The notes under the pieces are model-generated. The model was not told where the DNA came from and ran no database searches. It saw nothing but the letters and a program-made list of their open reading frames with translations. 64,000 nucleotides of DNA from a virus, in the IMG/VR virus record IMGVR_UViG_3300030085_002462, one strand, 5' to 3'. Positions 62,389 through 64,000 of the stretch are shown piece by piece. The first letter of the stretch is position 1. Each line of letters starts with the position of its first letter. Made by a program: the position numbers and the translations under genes.

Positions 62389-62513
62389 CACCTGACACTT
62401 TCAACTTCACTGGTGATGCAATCACGGTTATTGGATTTATTGGTGTTGCATCAACTGGAATTATTCTATTCACAGCATTCACACGTTATTTCAATTCACC
62501 ATTGAGGAAGTAA
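62385..62513 (+). CDS. 42-aa membrane peptide (MTPDTFNFTGDAITVIGFIGVASTGIILFTAFTRYFNSPLRK)
   Basis: Hand translation; single TM helix. Confidence 0.7.
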   Translation: MTPDTFNFTGDAITVIGFIGVASTGIILFTAFTRYFNSPLRK

Positions 62514-62515
62514 AA

Positions 62516-62809
62516 ATGTCATTTTCTCAGGAAGATTCAAAGAAAATCGCAAATGCATATTGCGATTATCAAATAGAGCACATGGATTACGACCAATTAT
62601 CCCATCTTGCTAAAGACCTATTAATGCAAACTTATTCACATTTAGACTACGAAGAAATTACAGCAGAGATACAAGATCTCTACGATGATGAAGTGTTAGA
62701 AACTGTAGTCGAGAATGCGAGGATCTCACGGTCTCCAGTGAAAGATTTTTATGAAGAAGTGCTAGACTTTTATCGTAATCCACTTAATCACACTTTCGCC
62801 CAAAACTAA
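62516..62809 (+). CDS. Hypothetical protein
   Basis: ORF track. Confidence 0.7.
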   Translation: MSFSQEDSKKIANAYCDYQIEHMDYDQLSHLAKDLLMQTYSHLDYEEITAEIQDLYDDEVLETVVENARISRSPVKDFYEEVLDFYRNPLNHTFAQN

Positions 62810-63006
62810 TGCCTAACTACGAAACATCCGATCAACAACACTCGATTGACAACATGAGTGACACTTTGATGATCGCATTGCAACGGAATGCTGATAACAG
62901 TAATTTCCAGGAAATGAAAGCAATTTATGAAGAGTGGGTTGTTGATGGTCGTGATCCCGAAGATGGCAGTTACCAGTTTATTTTTGTCCCTAATCTGACC
63001 TTATAA
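62809..63006 (+). CDS. Hypothetical protein
   Basis: IYEEWVVDG.DPEDG motif; TAATG coupling. Confidence 0.7.
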   Translation: MPNYETSDQQHSIDNMSDTLMIALQRNADNSNFQEMKAIYEEWVVDGRDPEDGSYQFIFVPNLTL

Positions 63007-63007
63007 A

Positions 63008-63202
63008 ATGAAAGGCATGTCCAAACAAGAGAGAATTCTACTTGCTATTAAACAAGTTGAAAATGTGACCGAATTGTGTGAAAGTTTGGACTATACCTAT
63101 TACTTAACTCAAAGTTGCACATTGAGACAACTCCCTTATGAATTGCAGAGACAATTAAGTCTTCTACAATCACATGAAGATGACACCATATTTGATCGCT
63201 AA
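63008..63202 (+). CDS. Hypothetical protein
   Basis: ORF track. Confidence 0.55.
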   Translation: MKGMSKQERILLAIKQVENVTELCESLDYTYYLTQSCTLRQLPYELQRQLSLLQSHEDDTIFDR

Positions 63203-63280
63203 AGTAAAGAGAATTTATGACAGTATACAAACCGCCACACGACAGGTCGCCAAGGACCCGCTGTGCTCTACAATGGAGGC

Positions 63281-63484
63281 ATGACAAACGAAACCAACAT
63301 GATTCACAAAAACGAAGCATTCCTGAGTGCACTCCAAGGACTTCAATCATTCGTCCTTGATACAAACGCCGATATTGATATGGCATACGATTGGGTTGCT
63401 GATCAGTCAGGAATTGCTTCTTTCGTGCATCAAAACCAAGCATGGGATATGTTTTACGATGCATGGGAGAATGCAAATGTTTGA
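63281..63484 (+). CDS. Hypothetical protein
   Basis: GGAGG RBS then ATG at 63281. Confidence 0.7.
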   Translation: MTNETNMIHKNEAFLSALQGLQSFVLDTNADIDMAYDWVADQSGIASFVHQNQAWDMFYDAWENANV

Positions 63485-63713
63485 TATTTTTGAAGATCTC
63501 AACAATCAACTAAACTCCCTGACTATCTACAAACCAAAAATGACAAATCCATACGTTGAAAATCTTGTTGAAATGGGTTACGATCGTGCAGATTGTGAAA
63601 CCGTAGCAACAGCGGGAATCGAAAAGAAATTTCCCCTAAACATTCACGGTCGTGTTTATAATACTCAAGAAGAGTATAACGAAGCACTTCACGATTTCAT
63701 CAACGGACTTTAA
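63477..63713 (+). CDS. Hypothetical protein (MTNPYVENLVEMGYDRADC core)
   Basis: In-frame ATGs at 63477 and 63540. Confidence 0.65.
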   Translation: MFDIFEDLNNQLNSLTIYKPKMTNPYVENLVEMGYDRADCETVATAGIEKKFPLNIHGRVYNTQEEYNEALHDFINGL

Positions 63714-63719
63714 TCAATC

Positions 63720-64000
63720 ATGACTATTTTCATCGAGCGCGGTATCCGCCACAACGACAAATCTATCTACGTTGAAGACATTTTTGTGGAGCAAGATTCT
63801 GTTTGGAAGAATGAGCGCAGACTCGCCGCATTTACTATTACTGAAGATGTGAGTGGTCCGCACGTTGGTGACTTTAATGCGCGTCGGTATCGTGTTAATC
63901 AGCGCACACAATTAGACAACGGCGTCTACATCTATCCTAAGATCTACGGCGCGGAAACTGTTAGCGAGTGCAAGGAATTTATCGAGGGTTATATTAACGA
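63720..64000 (+). CDS. Hypothetical protein, 3'-truncated by the window edge
   Basis: Hand translation MTIFIERGIRHNDKSIYVEDIF...; open to the end of the window. Confidence 0.65.
   Translation, partial: MTIFIERGIRHNDKSIYVEDIFVEQDSVWKNERRLAAFTITEDVSGPHVGDFNARRYRVNQRTQLDNGVYIYPKIYGAETVSECKEFIEGYIN

Overview
A 64-kb segment of a T4-like (Kyanoviridae-type) cyanomyovirus genome, almost certainly infecting marine Synechococcus or Prochlorococcus. From left to right it holds: (i) an auxiliary and photosynthesis region with two hli genes, a lysozyme-like protein, an oxygenase, a DNA methylase, a flavin-dependent halogenase and an intron-less psbA with a structured leader; (ii) a giant virion protein and a small beta-barrel; (iii) the core block glutaredoxin, thyX, phoH, exonuclease, gp33, gp32; (iv) the baseplate and tail block gp53, gp48, gp4, gp2, gp54-like, gp26, gp51, two tape-measure-like paralogs, gp27-like, cp12, cpeT, gp5; (v) tRNA-Thr and oxygenases; (vi) fibre genes, including three tandem Gly/His-rich paralogs followed by a chaperone, a second halogenase and four Fe(II)/2OG or JmjC oxygenases under late promoters; (vii) an early-type region with an SF2 helicase, a putative endonuclease-methylase pair and many small ORFs. 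The top leads are a complete -1 frameshift signal joining gp26 to gp51 (lambda G/GT-like), a candidate fibre-tailoring cassette, a palindromic operator at fixed spacing in five promoters, host RpaB-type HLR1 boxes, and apparent absence of CCGG. All family assignments are from motif recognition by eye; no database searches were run.
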